A stretch of DNA of 64,000 nt, from assembly GCA_030141605.1 (NCBI GenBank), contig JAQGDQ010002367.1, positions 868,001 to 932,000 on the forward strand. The letters are read 5' to 3'. Numbering within the stretch: position 1 is the stretch's first letter; the number at the start of each line of letters is the position of its first letter. This document shows, piece by piece, positions 1 through 12,307 of this stretch. The notes beneath the pieces were generated by a model. That model saw nothing but the letters and a program-made list of their open reading frames with translations. It was not told where the DNA came from and searched no databases. Made by a program: the position numbers and the translations under genes. The stretch is from Tubiluchus corallicola (lineage: Eukaryota > Animalia > Priapulida).

Positions 1-89
1 TTAATGGAACATGCATTTTTTGTGTGCTTAATGAATATGTATTGCACTTCAAATAAAATTCATTGGAAGTTTCTTGACTTTCTTTATAG

Positions 90-156
90 GTATTGAACTT
101 TCAAACAAACTGTCCAAGCTGCAATGCGCCAGCTGAAACGCACATGAAAGTTGTAG
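90..156 (+). CDS. ZPR1: ZPR1 internal exon (start of second Zn finger: [22 protein letters not shown]); upstream exons lie outside the window
   Basis: tttatag acceptor at 88-89, GT donor at 157. Translation matches the ZPR1 motif VLQFxTNCPxCNAPAxTxMK and joins the next exon in phase 1. Confidence 0.93.
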
Positions 157-611
157 GTTTGTATGCCTTTAAATTAAATCCATAGTATCATTTAATATAT
201 TTTGTGTAATTAGTGAACATGACATGCGTCATGCGTATAATGCAATACAGTTGATGTACTTTATTATTCATTTTTATTTTGTTTAGCATAACTAAATATC
301 ATTTTGAGTCCTATATTCATCAAAAATATGAGATGCAGATATAATGATGTCTTGTGAAACACTTTTTAATAAGCACTGCCTTCACCCTCACATGAACAAA
401 CAAATATTTAATTCTATGCTACTTCAGACGAAGCGCCTGTTGAATGAATAAACAGCTATATTTTAAAATTTACTCTACTTTATGTTTGTCAGAGAAACAT
501 CGCTAATGGGGATCGCAGTCCTAATAATGTACTGTATTATTTTTAATGACAACATATACCTGAAACACATATTAACTTTGTGCTGTTGTTCAGGATTTTT
601 TTATTTTGCAG

Positions 612-772
612 CTATTCCACATTTTAAGGAAGTCATCGTCATGGCAACCAACTGTGAGGCATGTGGGCATCGAACGAATGAAGTGAAATCTGGAGCCGGA
701 ATTTCACCTCGTGGTTCACGAATATCGTTGCTTTTGAAAAACCCGGTTGACTTAACACGTGATGTTTTGAAA
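612..772 (+). CDS. ZPR1: ZPR1 exon ([28 protein letters not shown]...TRDVLK)
   Basis: ttttgcag acceptor, gtaggt donor. Hallmark IPHFKEV...[14 protein letters not shown]. Confidence 0.96.
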
Positions 773-1096
773 GTAGGTTCTTACAATCATTTTGGAGTAG
801 GTTTTTTTAGTTCATCCATAAATGAAATTCACATATGAGTCATATACCATTACTGAAAAAATTAAAAAATGATTGACAAAGATTTTATTTTTTATGATGA
901 TGCTTTACATAAATTTAACTTCATTAGTCTAGAAAATCGTAGGCAAAAATTAATTTGTACTTTTGCTTCTAACAATAGACACTTGCTTCCTTTTTACAGG
1001 TTAGTGTGAACAACCAAATTAATCACAATTCTAATAAATCACTTATGCCTAAAATTTGAATAGAATGCTACAAACATTCAGCAATGCCTGTCGTAA

Positions 1097-1420
1097 TAGC
1101 CGTTCCACAGTTTTGTCGTGCACACGCGCTGTTGCTATAGATCAAAGGTTAAGTGTACCACAGCAATGCCGCTTAACTACAACTGTCATTAGTCTGTGCA
1201 TAGATCGATTTACTAGTAGCATCTTGCTTGGGAACAAGAAAAAAATAAACTGGGTGAAATTCTGTTGTTAAAACTGTTAAAGCTGTTAAAACTGTTACTA
1301 TTACGACATGTATCATAGGCTGCGAGGCGTTGTCAAGTGTACATAAATGCGTTGCCTGGTACACTTAACCTTTGACCTTTTCACAATCATCATCAATTGC
1401 TGGAACTGTGAAAAGGCTTA
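1097..1420 (+). mobile_element. MITE family A copy 1 (internally deleted), ZPR1 intron
   Basis: Colinear with 2404-2828 and inverted relative to 58926-59313. Ends match TAAGCCTTTTCACAGTT / AACTGTGAAAAGGCTTA, with a sub-terminal inverted repeat TCAAAGGTTAAGTGTACCA. Confidence 0.8.
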
Positions 1421-1946
1421 TTAAGACTATAACTAGAAGCACCAATTTTTAAAAATTATATTAAACAAATTTATTGTCACAATTGTTTTATAACTGTTTT
1501 ACTGTCTTTATCACAGTACTTTGTGACAACAATTTTTCAATGCTTTTTTATAGACAATATTTCCTAAATAATTTATGTTTTAGTATTTAATCACTTTTTT
1601 GTCTTCTTTATTTCATTACATTCAAACCTTATATTCAGTTTATTACTGCTGTAGTGTGACTGTTAATAAAACTCATTGTTCATTTATTATTTATCATTTG
1701 CAATCTTTGATGTAGACTGTTTCATACTAATGTGCAAACATTATGTTAGTGAAAACAAAATTTATCACATTGGGTAAATCTATAGCTATTTAAAAAATCT
1801 CCAAATCTTTACGTACATTATTTTTGTTGTGAAGAAACTATGCGTAATTGAACGCATTTAACTATTGCTTGTTTAGAAATTCAGCTATGCAGTGTGAAGC
1901 ATTAAATTACAATGTCACATTAGTAATAAAAGTGATTTGCTTACAG

Positions 1947-2057
1947 TCAGACACATGTGCTTTGGAGGTACCTGAACTGCAGCTGGAGCTATCAATGGGA
2001 ACTTTGGGAGGCAAGTTCACTACTGTTGAGGGTTTGTTGATGAATGTTAAGGAACAG
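1947..2057 (+). CDS. ZPR1: ZPR1 exon ([37 protein letters not shown])
   Basis: ttacag acceptor, gtaaat donor, 111 nt, phase 0-0. ZPR1 B-domain motif GGKFTTxEGLL. Confidence 0.96.
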
Positions 2058-2403
2058 GTAAATTTTCTTTCTTCTTCTCTACCTACAGAAAGTTGATGTT
2101 TATATTAGCCTGTATTTACAGGATTTTGGTTATGTCTTTTGATGCATTAAAAGAACTAAAGCTGGGCTTAATCTGACAAGTGGAATTTTCGCTATCCATA
2201 AGTTAACTTTATAGGCCTAAAATTCTAGTCATTTTTTGCTTCAACGATCAGTTTGAATGCGAGTTCTAAGGGTTGATTTTATATCAACTTTATATGCCCC
2301 ATTGCTTTTATTTCTTTTATAATAGGTAGATGGGTGGTGATGCACAATTTTCCAGCTTAATCTTTTCATTTTATGATTACTCATGTTGCATGCACTGTAG
2401 CAC

Positions 2404-2828
2404 TAAGCCTTTTCGCAGTTTTGTGTGCATGCACACTTGCTATAGGTCAAAGGTTAAGTGTACCACAGTAAAGCATCTTAACTGCAACCGTCACGTGACA
2501 TGTGGGTAGTATAATAATAATAATATTTAATATTTAGAATTTATTAAAGCAATGTCATCTGCCACATCAGTTCAGTGGCTTCAGTTGTTTTATGTCGACT
2601 TTACTTAATTATTTATTAGTCTACGGGTAGAGCAATTTACTAGCAAGACCTTGCTTGGGAACAAGAAAAATGAACTAGGTATGGTTCTAGCTAGCTGTTA
2701 GAACTGTTATTATTACAGCGGAATAGGTTGCGAGACGTTGTCAAGTGTACATAAATGCGTTGTCTGGTACACTTAACCTTTGACCTTTTCTCAATCATTA
2801 TCAGTTGCTGGAACTGTGAAAAGGCTTA
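2404..2828 (+). mobile_element. MITE family A copy 2, ZPR1 intron
   Basis: 17-bp TIR (1 mismatch) plus a ~20-bp sub-terminal IR GGTCAAAGGTTAAGTGTACC / GGTACACTTAACCTTTGACC. Superfamily not determined. Confidence 0.82.
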
Positions 2829-3361
2829 TTCAAAGTTTATGAGGTATTTTACAATTACTCCAATTACATGCAATTTAGTATACTTTGTTCTGTATATTGT
2901 TTTTTATGCTGTTCGACACACTGCAAGCTGATTTGAACACTTAAGTCCTTGCCTACTTTATGGGCAATGTGGAATGGCATAATCGAATTTTAACACAGTA
3001 GGACTATCTTCTAAAACATGATACTGGACTTGTACAGGCGCTGGGTTATATTTTGGTGTGAAGTGTATTTAACATCCTGCTGGAGACAGCTTAAAACTGT
3101 GCATAAGCGCTTCTAAAGGCAATTAAGCATCAGTTTGCTTAACCAGGCTCAACGCTGCTTAACTATCATTGCCAAGCACACACTTATCAACTCAGCTAAT
3201 CATTCACCCCCAAATCTTTCTCTGCAAGAATCATTTTGTTGCAGTTGCATCTTGTCAGATATTCATCTTCAGTCTAGGATTATTGCATGTATCATGTACT
3301 TTAAAAGTCATTCCATCTTGATTATTCTTTGCTTTACTCCTTACCCATACTTTTGTTTCAG

Positions 3362-3520
3362 TTGCAGTCTAGCAATCCTTTTACGTTTGGTGATAGCGCT
3401 AATGCCGAATTTGATGAAAGGCTGAAATGTTTCATTGGTGGGTTAGATGAAGTGATTACCGGTACGAAGACAAACGTCCATTTTATACTGGATGACCCTG
3501 CTGGCAACAGTTATATACAG
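3362..3520 (+). CDS. ZPR1: ZPR1 exon (LQSSNPFTFGDSA...HFILDDPAGNSYIQ)
   Basis: tttcag acceptor (in-frame alternative AG at 3366-3367), gtatgt donor. NPFxxGDS and DDPAGNSY motifs. Confidence 0.95.
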
Positions 3521-3590
3521 GTATGTGTATAAAAATTTCTTTATTTGTGTAAAGCATATCGGTTAATTCTGGGGGCAGGACTTTCCTGGT

Positions 3591-3665
3591 TGTCCGTTTT
3601 GGCATCTGGGGAAGCTGTCCGTTTTGACATCTGGGGAACCTGTCCGTTTTGGCATCTGGGGAAGC
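3591..3665. repeat. 25-bp tandem repeat x3 (TGTCCGTTTTGGCATCTGGGGAAGC)
   Basis: Three adjacent near-identical units visible in the sequence. Confidence 0.85.
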
Positions 3666-4923
3666 ACTGTAAAGTTCTTTTTCAGAATCCTTGCATTCCT
3701 GGGCAGTGGCCACAGAAACTGGGGCCTGTGCAACATATTAGCAGCTTTTGGAGCCTGTAAATTATGAATTTAATTGTTACAAATATTTTAAAGAACAAGA
3801 AAAATGGTGCCTGATGTAGGTTTCAGAAAATCGCTTTAAAAATTATATTAGTTTATAACAATTCTGAGCCTATATCATACTTGTGTTAAAAGGAATTTTT
3901 GTTTGTTTCATTTTATATCTTCCGCAATGCAGTTCCGACCACGCCATTACATGACATTGCCTATGCACAATGTAAATCAGAGGAATATAAACGCAATATT
4001 AAACAATGTCTCAAAAAACTTGCCACACAAAGTTATATTACTTTGCATTTCATTTACCTGTTTGAAAGACTTATGTTAATTAGAAAAGAAAATACTTAAT
4101 AATTTAAGTGTCCGTACCAATTGGCAAAAATGTCACTGACGTCCCTTCCAGGGTGCACCACTTACTCGCCAAAATACCTGTTTTTAGTGTTATTGTCAAG
4201 ATCCAGCAATTCAAAATTTTGTTACAAATGCTCTGAATATTTTCTCAAATTTTATGCAGTGTATTATCTAAACTTATTTCAAATGACTTGTCGTCAAAAT
4301 GGCTGTGCCAAACTGTTATCGCAGGAGTTTGAATTTCAAGTTTTGTACAGTGTCAGTGCTAACGCAAGCTCTATATGCAATAAGACAACATGTAAGTGGT
4401 ATAAAATTTCAAGACAAATTTTTAAGCTTTATGCAAGTGAAAGGTTTCTTGTGCTTTAAATTTAAGCTGTAATGAGTAGGGACCACATTAATATCAAAAT
4501 TTTTTTATTTACATTCACATTTCCGTGATTATTAATTATGATAAATTCTAAGCTTCAATCAATAATTTAATGTTAGGTGATTTATTGCTATGCAGTGAAA
4601 ATTGGAAAAATTGTCAGAAATATCATTGAAGTTATAATTTCCTGCCTTTGCCAAGTTTTGCTACCAGTACTTTGACAGTGACTTAAAAACCATAATTTCT
4701 CATTGTATTTTAGGTTATACATCATTTCTGGCTGGCCATACATTTTACAAATATTAAAGGAGAGTTTTTAGGCTGAAATTTCTATGAAAAAAATATAAGC
4801 AAATTTCATCATAACATATGTTTTTAGCTATTTGTTTATGAATGTATCCATATACTCTCAGTTCAAGCAGTGGCAAAGTGGTGATCTTTTTTGCATGTAT
4901 AACTAAGACTGCGTATTTTGTAG

Positions 4924-5052
4924 AATTTGTGTGCCCCGGATCCGCAGTTGGAAATTAAGCATTATGAAAGAACATTTGAGCAGAATGAACTCCTGGGACT
5001 TAATGATATGAAAACAGAAAATTACGCAGATAAAGCAGCTGAAGATTCATAG
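4924..5052 (+). CDS. ZPR1: ZPR1 terminal exon ([42 protein letters not shown])
   Basis: ttttgtag acceptor. C-terminal ZPR1 signature [19 protein letters not shown], TAG at 5050-5052. Too short for the ORF track. Confidence 0.95.
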   Translation, partial: NLCAPDPQLEIKHYERTFEQNELLGLNDMKTENYADKAAEDS

Positions 5053-5088
5053 CACGAATTGGTTGATTAGCAGATTTGTACCTGCTAT

Positions 5089-5094
5089 AATAAA
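5089..5094 (+). terminator. Candidate ZPR1 polyadenylation signal
   Basis: AATAAA 37 nt after the stop, followed by GT/T-rich sequence. Confidence 0.5.
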
Positions 5095-6488
5095 GTTAAT
5101 TGTGTAAGTTTATTGTAAGTCATATGGTGTTCTAAGCATGTATACATATTTTCTAAATGCTTCTTAATGAAAAATGCAGAAAGTAAACAATATAAAAAAT
5201 GAAAAACATCCCTACAAAAATTTAGTTTACAGTATCATTTAAACTTTAAAGAACTATTCATTGTTGCCTGACAAGGCTGACATGTATGTGGTAATTTAAT
5301 GTCAATGTGCACGAGTCTGTCTTGTACATATAGCACTGATCTAGCGTCTCAGAACTGCAGTTATACTGGGTCAGTTTCTTTCTGTAGCTGTACATCTTTG
5401 GACATTGAAAACGTCACGTTTTTTTGAATAATTATATAATACTGCCTTTAAAACTAAAACCATGCCCGTCTCGATGTAAGAATGTTGCTCAAGAGCTTAG
5501 GTTGATTGTTTTCTGTGAAACTGACAAGATAATAGTCGTAAAGAAACACTAGGCTTGTAATTGCACTTGTAATAATTCATGATTATAAAAAATGTATTAT
5601 ATGTGTTTCGGTAAAACAATCCTTTTATTTATAATATAAAATTTTCTATTGCAAATCTTAAATCGACACATCACTAACAATTTTCAATTCTGTAACATAT
5701 GAAAAAATAAAATAATTAAAATATATTATATAATTCTAACGCAATTTCATTTATGTTAATTTGACTGATTTTAAAAATCTATACCCTATCACAATTGCCT
5801 GTAATTTCATATTTCTGGTGATCATTAATCTCTGTTTGGCTGTTACACCTGCAATAACTGAGAACCACAACAAGGTATATTGATAATGCTGACAAAACTA
5901 TTTATAAGAACTATTCAAAGCAACAAACTGTTAATACTGTACATTCACTTTTAATTGTGCGTTTCTTCGATATTCATTTTTTGACTTTTGCAGAACATTT
6001 GTAAAAATATTTGAGTATTACTTTTTACACAAACTTAAAATTAAATTAATATTTGTACGAAGACTTACTGCATTCAGCAAAAATATTAGCACCAATAGCA
6101 CAGATTGCCATGGGAAACACATTTAACATTGGTAACTAGCTGAAACTATTGACAGTCAAATGCTGTTGAGAATAAAATATTCACTCACTAAGACTCATGA
6201 TTAAATAACACTTCCAAATTTCCTGTGTGTGAAAAGGCACAATTGGTTCTTCTTTTGAAGTCCAAAAACTCTGGCAGAGGCACGCTGCATAGTAATTTTG
6301 TAGAAAAAAGGCCACATCATGGCAAAAATGTAATAATGTATTATGACACGGAAAAACAGGCACCTTCTGAGCATTTATACAGTACAACTGAAGCACCTCA
6401 TGGTGCTGTATAGTAAAAATAATTATGTAGATTTATCATAAATACAAAACTGTCACCTTTCATATTCACAATATTTTAAAGTTTAAGC

Positions 6489-7156
6489 TAGGGATATTAG
6501 ACGATACAAATTTGGTGATGCGATAATGATACAATGCGATACTTTTGGCAAAGACATTAGATGGACTATTTTTAGACAATACGATATGATACAATAAAAT
6601 ATTTTCAACGATGGAAACGACACTGAAATTACACAATTTGTGCAAAAACAGAAAAGTATCATTAATAATTAAAATTATTAAGTGCTTCAGTGCATTCAGT
6701 ACTGTATACTTCAATGGCTGCTAGTTATGAAACACAAGTTTGTTTGTCATAATGATTCATAAATAAGTAAGCTGTGGCAGATAAACATATTATCCTAGCT
6801 CTATCTGCACATGACCAGGAAAGTGACACTAAAAATATGGTATAGTTTATTTGACATCCACATGTCAGTATCAAAGTGATATATAAAGCGGTTTCAGAAT
6901 GAAGATAGCCGTTATTGCCAAGCGGAAGTACAAGAAAATAATTCATTTTATCCACTTCTTTGCATAATTACTGTAAATAGATTATGAAAAGAAAAGTGAA
7001 GCGAAGCGATTTTATGAATGTGAGCAGCGATATGTGCCAAATTCGACACAATAATGATATTCCTAGAATAATAATGATAATACAATGATAAAACAAATTT
7101 TTCGTATAGATACGAGAATCGATATCGTTCGCGTATCAATATAGTTAACATCCCTA
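6489..7156. mobile_element. hAT-type MITE family B copy 1, between the ZPR1 and RING gene 3' ends
   Basis: Termini TAGGGAT.../...CATCCCTA, 8-bp TSD gtttaagc/gtttaaac, many CGATA/TATCG subterminal repeats. Inverted homolog at 18120-18820. Confidence 0.85.
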
Positions 7157-7294
7157 GTTTAAACAAAGTATTTACAACTGAAGCTTAAGTTTTTTAGAGG
7201 AAATGTATTAAGCAAGGAAATGAATAAGTTAAAACCAAAAGTCGTATGCTACCATTCTGTGTAAATACTTTAGCAGTCTTATATAGTACAGTTG

Positions 7295-7300
7295 TTTATT
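7295..7300 (-). terminator. Candidate polyadenylation signal of the RING gene
   Basis: AATAAA on the minus strand ~80 nt past the stop. Confidence 0.4.
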
Positions 7301-7380
7301 AAGCACCAGTATGAGGTAGAACACGAGGCTTTGCAGGTTTTCAAAATCTGCAGGTTTTACAGGTAATAAGGTATGCAGCT

Positions 7381-8130
7381 TTAATCAATGAGCCTCTTAC
7401 ACAGTGGACACTTGTTCTTCTCTTTCAAACACAGCCGTAAACAGCGACCGTGAAAAATGTGCTTACAAGGTAACACGCGAGCAGAAGACATTGGGAGCAA
7501 GCACACGGCACAAACATCGTTCAACTTCAACAGTTCCTTCTGCGTGGCATGACGAAATTTCTGCAGCTGACACATTTCATACTGTAGCACGCAGAAAACA
7601 TTGTGCATTAAATCACTGTATGTCACATAAATGTTAGAAAACAGTGACAAAAATGTTAGTCCCACTTGCTGATCGTATGCTAACAATGCTACAGCTACAA
7701 CAAGCGATAAAATAATCAATAACAATTTTGACGCACCGGCACAGTAATACTTTTCAAGGCCCTCTAGATAGTCCAAATGCATCGTCTCCAGTAGTTCAGT
7801 TGCAGTAATTAAAAACGCGTCGCTGTCAATAATAAAATAAACTAAGATCAACGTTGTGTAAATACTGCTGCAGGTGGCACTCACGTAAGTGTGAATACAA
7901 AGCACAACCACAATACACACAACGATGCCACATGAAAATAAATAATGCAAAAGAAACTGTTTTGGAAGTCTCGGGAAAAGCATGGAGTTGTTCCTGGGAG
8001 GTAAAAGGCTGCAGCACATTTTACAGACTAGTTTTGAAACGAAAAAAGATTGAATCCAGTGCAGATGCACCGTGTCTGTGCATAACCATTTCTCACACAT
8101 CAGACAGAATATAGCTTGACCAGTCACATT
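7381..8130 (-). CDS. Terminal exon of a multi-pass membrane RING-H2 E3 ligase, RNF145/RNF139(TRC8)-like
   Basis: Acceptor tttttgcag at 8131-8132. Several hydrophobic helices, then ATQKELLKLNDVCAVC..PCKHIFHGRC..CPLC (C3H2C3) with the ATxExL..xNDxCAxC linker typical of RNF145/TRC8. TAA at 7381-7383. Confidence 0.88.
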   Translation of the reverse strand, partial: NVTGQAIFCLMCEKWLCTDTVHLHWIQSFFVSKLVCKMCCSLLPPRNNSMLFPRLPKQFLLHYLFSCGIVVCIVVVLCIHTYVSATCSSIYTTLILVYFIIDSDAFLITATELLETMHLDYLEGLEKYYCAGASKLLLIILSLVVAVALLAYDQQVGLTFLSLFSNIYVTYSDLMHNVFCVLQYEMCQLQKFRHATQKELLKLNDVCAVCLLPMSSARVLPCKHIFHGRCLRLCLKEKNKCPLCKRLID

Positions 8131-8953
8131 CTGCAAAAACATGTAATTACATAAGTTCTAACCTAATGATGTAATACACATTTCCCTAACACAACAATGC
8201 TTAGGATACTTTTTACCATTTATCTGTTCAACGTTGAATCTTGTTTACTAACTGGTGTATGCATACGTATCACATACATACTCACTTTTCTCAAATTTTG
8301 CAGTTAGTTAGTTTCTCATTCAACAGATGGCAACACCGTTTTTGTTTACAACATACCACAAACCGGTTTCGTATGTATAAAAACAGCTGCAAGCATACAA
8401 TTTCTATGATGTGCACAATTTGTATATGTATTTTTAGCACGACCTTAGTTTCTTCTTAGCTCCAAGCCGCAATGACATTTTCATGTTAAAACAGTGTTGT
8501 CATCTCGTCATACAAGAACTAGGCTGTCAAACTCCTAATGTAAAAGAAAACCAGTTATCTGCCAAACCAAATATTTTAATAAACAAACTGACTAAAGTGC
8601 TTCTATAATAAAACAATAGTGTGCTTATAAGTTGAAGAGGCAGCCAAAGACATTTCTGTCCAACTTTAGATTCATGCTCTAAAGGGAAACAGGCTTCAAT
8701 TTAAAATTATAGTGCAAACTATAGTATAAAATATTGAAAGAAAGGAAATGATTTTTTTAAGAATGGCCTTACAAGAAAGAATTATTACCACAGAAGTTTA
8801 ATTTCACGTTCACGCTGGGTTACACCTATTTCGCCATTCCTTTTAGATGTAGACAGCACCTGCATCTTGGAAACACACTACACAAAAAATAAGTGGTGTA
8901 CCACTTAGTTCAGTTCAGACACAGTGCACATTTTTGCCTAACAATTACTGTAC

Positions 8954-9066
8954 CTGAATGCGATAAGCAGCAAAATTTTGCTGAAACGAAGAAATGCGTT
9001 GCTCAAAGATCCAACGAATAATCCCTATAACACTGCCAAGGAGACTCCAAATCACACTAAAAATTC
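8954..9066 (-). CDS. RING gene exon (GIFSVIWSLLGSVIGIIRWIFEQRISSFQQNFAAYRIQ)
   Basis: cattttcag acceptor, gtacag donor, open frame. Phase 1-0 fits both neighbours. Confidence 0.8.
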
Positions 9067-9839
9067 CTGAAAATGAGAATTACAAGCATGTCAAGGGAGA
9101 TTAGAATAAGACATCTACAGGAGCATAATAGACTACTTCTAGGTTTAATGACAGATAATTAATGTTTTTCAAGGAACTACAATTTTCTCTTTTTATAGCA
9201 TTGATGAAGTTTTAAGTTACTGCACTATAATTACAGCTGTTAAAGGGATTCTTGAAGTCAAAATGACCGATGAGTCTTTATAAAGTCAATATCAGCTTTT
9301 GTAGCTGATGTCAGAAGTTCGTGTAATTTGCTTCTAATGTCAAACAAAATCAACATAAGAAGCTGCAATGTAATAACTTTCATTTTATTAACAATATGAG
9401 TTTTACATCATGAAAAGATACTAATTCTGATGACTGATGTGGAAGGAACTCAGTGAATATTTCTGAGCCAGGATTTGAACCCTGGGACTCCAATCCATCT
9501 AAACCCGTATACCTTTACGGGTATTTAAAAAAATTTCAAAACAGAATAAGCACATGCAGTTCTTGAATAATTAGGATTAGCATAATTATAACTTCTCAAT
9601 AACTGTGCAGACAGTTTTCTTTGTAAAATTGCATTACAATAAAGTAATCACAAATAAGATAGCAAAATTTTAATTACTTGTGAAAACATTCTGTTTAATT
9701 ACATATTAGAAAAAAGTCATTGGTAAAGCAAAAATATTTACAATCGCATAAATGATAAAATTTCACTTCTTCCATTTTTTACAAAATCAATGGTGTCTCT
9801 GATTGGTCTGAACTCATTAATAATAAGAAAAGCACTCAC

Positions 9840-9986
9840 CAGACATAAAAGTGATTGCATATGAAGGTGAGATATACGAAACCAGCATCGGAACTAACAG
9901 AAGTGTGTACAGAATGTAAAATGTGTAGTTCAAGAGTGGGCCAAAGTTTAGGTAAGGTAACAACAGCATGGACGCCACCACACAAG
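9840..9986 (-). CDS. RING gene exon (ACVVASMLLLPYLNFGPLLNYTFYILYTLLLVPMLVSYISPSYAITFMS)
   Basis: ttttatttcag acceptor at 9987-9988, gtgagt donor, phase 1-1, transmembrane-like. Confidence 0.78.
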
Positions 9987-11795
9987 CTGAAATAAAATGT
10001 GGTGTCAATGAACAAGACATTGATGTAAATCATTGCTGACAAAACTGTGATAATCGTTGATAATCACTGATAATCGGTGATTAAAAATTCTTCCAACTAG
10101 ATAAGCCCATTACACTCTTATCAGACATTACACACCACATCACACTCAACACACAAGTTACAGGAACATTCAGCCCAAAATAATCAATAACAAGTGTTAA
10201 AACAAACAAAAATCAACAAAAGTGACACCTATCCATATTCACTATGTAGAATTATTTGGAAACTTTCCACTTCTTTTGAGTTTTGTAAACATTTGTAGAT
10301 CAACATCAGTACCTCCTTTAATCCATTAACTAGGCAACTGTCACAAACTCACGTCACCTAGTAAATAGGTCTACAGTGCACAAGTTTGGACCATACTAGA
10401 CAACATACATGTGTGAACAAAAAAATCTGTTACGCCTTCATCGTGTCAAAATCACGAGCTGGGACTCTAGCCCTTCACATGTAGTTGACAGAAACTTGAC
10501 ACAAATGTCGTGCTGTATCCAACCAGAGTAACAAGAGGTGCAATTTCCCATGGGCGTCCCCCATAACCTTTGACCCAAGGTAAAAAAAATTTCACATCCT
10601 AATTTTGTTTCAGAAAATTTTCCACATACATTTTCCAATAATAATCATAAGTAGCATACTAATATTTTCAATTTTTTTGCGATTTTGACCTGTAATTTTT
10701 GTCCCCAATATCATTATAGGCCATCAGCCTAAGAGTCATTCTGGAGGAAGTGATACGCCACTCCTAATTACTAGCATCAAGGTGATTTGGATTCACCCAC
10801 TATATCCTGTACAACTATTGACATTTCTATCTTTTTGTCACTGTCTTGGATATGCCCTCAAAATAACTTTCAACCTTGAATGTCACCTGTCCAAAATTAC
10901 ACCATACCAAAAAACTCAAAGCTAAACTACACAGTTTGGGTATAACTGGCTTAAGTCAAACTGTGGGCGGGTGACAGGCACTGCACGACAGTATAATGTC
11001 TCCACAGTATCTAAGTCAAATGACCTAAAATAGAACTGGTAATTAAACCATGTACTTTCCTATCAGTCGATAATACATATTTTTCATCTAGCCTCGATGG
11101 CCTAGGAGATATAACTAATTTTTGGCTCCAGTAGGCATCATCTTGGGCTTATAGGTATATCTTGAAAGTGTCAAAGCCAATTTTGACCGATTTTTTGTTG
11201 AGGGTATCTGAAACCACGTTCTAACAGAACCTGAAGAAAAAAATTCTATTGCAACTTGCTCTAGATTACTTGTTATCTTTACCCACCTAATGCAATACTT
11301 ATTATTTAGAGCAATCAATAAATCTGCTCTTATAAAATGGAAAATATTAAAACATCAAGTTAACTGAAAACCTAAATACGTTGAAAAAAACCACTGTCAT
11401 GATGATGGCAGTGTAATCTTATTTATGTTATAAATAACAAACAACAAATAAGTAATAAAGGCATACCAAACATTTGGTGTCTATCTTCCATCATGTATGG
11501 AGTCTGTAGACAACCAACAGCAGCCATTGTTGATGATCACATTTACACAGTTTCATTATTATAGACATGGTTGCATGATGTTGACATAGAAACATGCAGC
11601 TAAGATAAACGCTCAGCCTCTGAGGCAAATTAGAGTTGAACATCATCTGAAACAGTTTGTAAAGACAAGGTTCACATTTAAGCTGATTATAACAACACGC
11701 AAATGAAAAACTTTTGATTTTACATTTATTGGAAGGTTGTGAGTCCTTTCAAACTTTGTAAAACAAACATATAACTTACTGGTGACAATGAAGTA

Positions 11796-12307
11796 CAGTA
11801 GTACCTCTGTTTTCGACCATAATTCGTTCCAAAAAAGTGTTTGAAAACCGATTTGGTTGAGAACCGAATCATTTATTCCCATAAGAAATAATGTAAAAGC
11901 AAATAATCCATTCTCAAGCACCAAATGAACTGTAAAGTATTACTAAAATGAAATATAATAATGCAAAAATGTTTATTCAAACAGAAGATATAATATAATT
12001 GATAAGAAAAACATAATAGAATTATTTTGAAAGAAAAACATAATTGTTCCTGCATGAAAAAGAGGAGAAAAGTAAGCGTAGAAAGCACTTAGTGATGTTA
12101 GGCGATTCAAATGTTAGCGTGACTACTCTCGGGTGCGGCAGGTTACGCTCGGCTCTACTCGGCTTCGCGTGCATGCGTTCATCACGTGTTTGGCAGTTGG
12201 TCAAGTCCGAAATTCTGGTCGAGAGCGGAGACAATTTCAGCTCGAATTTTCTGGTCGAAAACCGATTTGTACGAGTACGGAGACGTTCGACAATAGAGGT
12301 ATAACTG
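11796..12307. mobile_element. pogo/Tigger-like (Tc1-mariner) MITE
   Basis: TA|CAGTAGTACCTCTGTTTTCGA ... TCGACAATAGAGGTATAACTG|TA: imperfect TIR and TA TSD. Internal CCCATAAGAAATAATG typical of Tigger-like MITEs. Confidence 0.8.

Noticed and set aside
10300-11010. Helentron/DINE-like element (also ~47190-47460)
   Set aside because: TGACC-rich motifs are suggestive, but termini and TSD could not be defined.
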